Source: an uncultured archaeon (GTDB lineage Archaea; Asgardarchaeota; Hermodarchaeia; Hermodarchaeales; Hermodarchaeaceae). Taken from it: a stretch of 17,797 bases of DNA. This document shows positions 16,994-17,797 of the stretch, piece after piece. Made by a program: the position numbers and the translations under genes. The stretch spans positions 1 to 17,797 of the forward strand of contig CAYFXC010000029.1 in NCBI GenBank assembly GCA_964347045.1, read 5' to 3'. Every line of letters begins with the position of its first letter. The first letter of the stretch is position 1. The notes beneath the pieces are model-generated. The model did not search any database. It saw only the letters and a program-made list of their open reading frames with translations, and was not told the origin of the DNA.

Positions 16994-17048
16994 ATCAACC
17001 TCTAATCCCGCAGCCCCCGAACCGTTCCCTCGGGGGCATGGAGTTGAT
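16994..17048. other. GC-rich extended hairpin covering the SD of the methyltransferase gene
   Basis: Inner stem GCCCCCGA 17013-17020 / TCGGGGGC 17030-17037. Outer stem ATCAAC(C)TCTA 16994-17004 / TGGAGTTGAT 17039-17048. Confidence 0.5.
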
Positions 17049-17052
17049 GTAA

Positions 17053-17797
17053 ATGAACACATGGAAGTATTTTGACATTACACACAAGCATCATGTACTC
17101 TGTAATCCAATGAGTAAAGAGAAATTCGAACGTTTCTGTCAACTTCTCAACCTTCCAAAAGATACTCGAATTCTTGATATCGCATGTGGAAAGGGAGAGG
17201 TCTTAGTCAGACTTGCAGAGAAATATGGAATTTCAGGGGTGGGAGTTGACCTATCTCCATTTTGTATCAATGATTGTAAGAAGAAACATCTCGAGAGAGT
17301 TCCTGAATCCGATTTAACCTTCATTGAATTGGATGGTGCTAAGTATCGACCTGAATCTGGAGAACTGTTTGATGTTGCAATATGTTTGGGAGCAAGCTGG
17401 GTCTTTGATGATTATGCTGGAACATTGAAAGCACTCAAGCAGATGACAAAATCTGGAGGTCTTGTGATTGTTGGTGAACCTTTTTGGTTGAAGCAGCCTG
17501 ATATCGAATATCTTGAGGCGACCAAAATGACTCGTAATTCTTTTCGACCGCATGAAGATAATGTGTATCAAGGTGAAGAAATGGGACTCACTTGCCTCCA
17601 TACACTTCTGTCTAACAGCGATGATTGGGACCACTATGAAACTCTACAGTGGTGGGCTGTTGACGATTATATTCAGTCGCATACGGATGATTCTGATAAT
17701 CAGGAGCTTCTCAGGAAAACAAAGACTGCAAAAGATATCTACCTAAAATGGGGTAGAGATACTATCAGCTGGGGAATATACATCTTCAGAAATCCGT
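17053..17797 (+). CDS. Class I SAM-dependent methyltransferase, YjhP-like; runs off the window end (not in ORF track)
   Basis: My translation: MNTWKYFDITHKHHVLCNPMSKEKF...RILDIACGKGE...GVGVDLS...FDVAICLGASW...GGLVIVGEPFW...DWDHYE. No stop before 17797. Confidence 0.88.
   Translation, partial: MNTWKYFDITHKHHVLCNPMSKEKFERFCQLLNLPKDTRILDIACGKGEVLVRLAEKYGISGVGVDLSPFCINDCKKKHLERVPESDLTFIELDGAKYRPESGELFDVAICLGASWVFDDYAGTLKALKQMTKSGGLVIVGEPFWLKQPDIEYLEATKMTRNSFRPHEDNVYQGEEMGLTCLHTLLSNSDDWDHYETLQWWAVDDYIQSHTDDSDNQELLRKTKTAKDIYLKWGRDTISWGIYIFRNP

Noticed and set aside
1-17797. CRISPR array, tRNA/rRNA, transposase or integrase
   Set aside because: No periodic repeats, cloverleaf or rRNA signatures, or recombinase/transposase motifs were seen by eye.

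Overview
This is archaeal chromosomal DNA. The evidence is an Nre DNA-repair protein with a C-terminal PIP box, an AbrB-PhoU fusion, a single-barrel 'core' methionine synthase, BRE/TATA promoters and GGTGA/GGAGG ribosome-binding sites. A longin-like protein suggests an Asgard lineage (inference). There are about 18 intact or probable CDSs: nreA, a UbiA prenyltransferase, a HemN-like radical SAM enzyme, a ferritin-like protein, an SplB-like radical SAM enzyme, a wHTH protein, a conserved helical hypothetical, a longin+Ig-like protein, a PAS-PAS histidine kinase with a receiver protein, an MBL hydrolase, a NIF3 protein, a core methionine synthase, AbrB-PhoU, a nucleoside phosphorylase, two small membrane proteins, and a YjhP-like methyltransferase running off the right end. 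Three decayed bioenergetic genes that the ORF track does not resolve lie between them: an NhaP-type antiporter C-half, a group 3 [NiFe]-hydrogenase large-subunit C-terminus with three frameshifts, and an HdrA N-terminus with an internal stop. The most notable unexplained signals are a three-stem candidate structured RNA at 7427-7540 upstream of the longin gene, an SD-sequestering GC-rich hairpin at 16994-17048, a ferritin-like/HemN-like pair with a C-terminal GPGG tail, and a tiny PIP-box-like ORF at 3590-3643. No rRNA, tRNA, CRISPR array or transposase was seen. All family assignments come from motif recognition by eye, not database searches.
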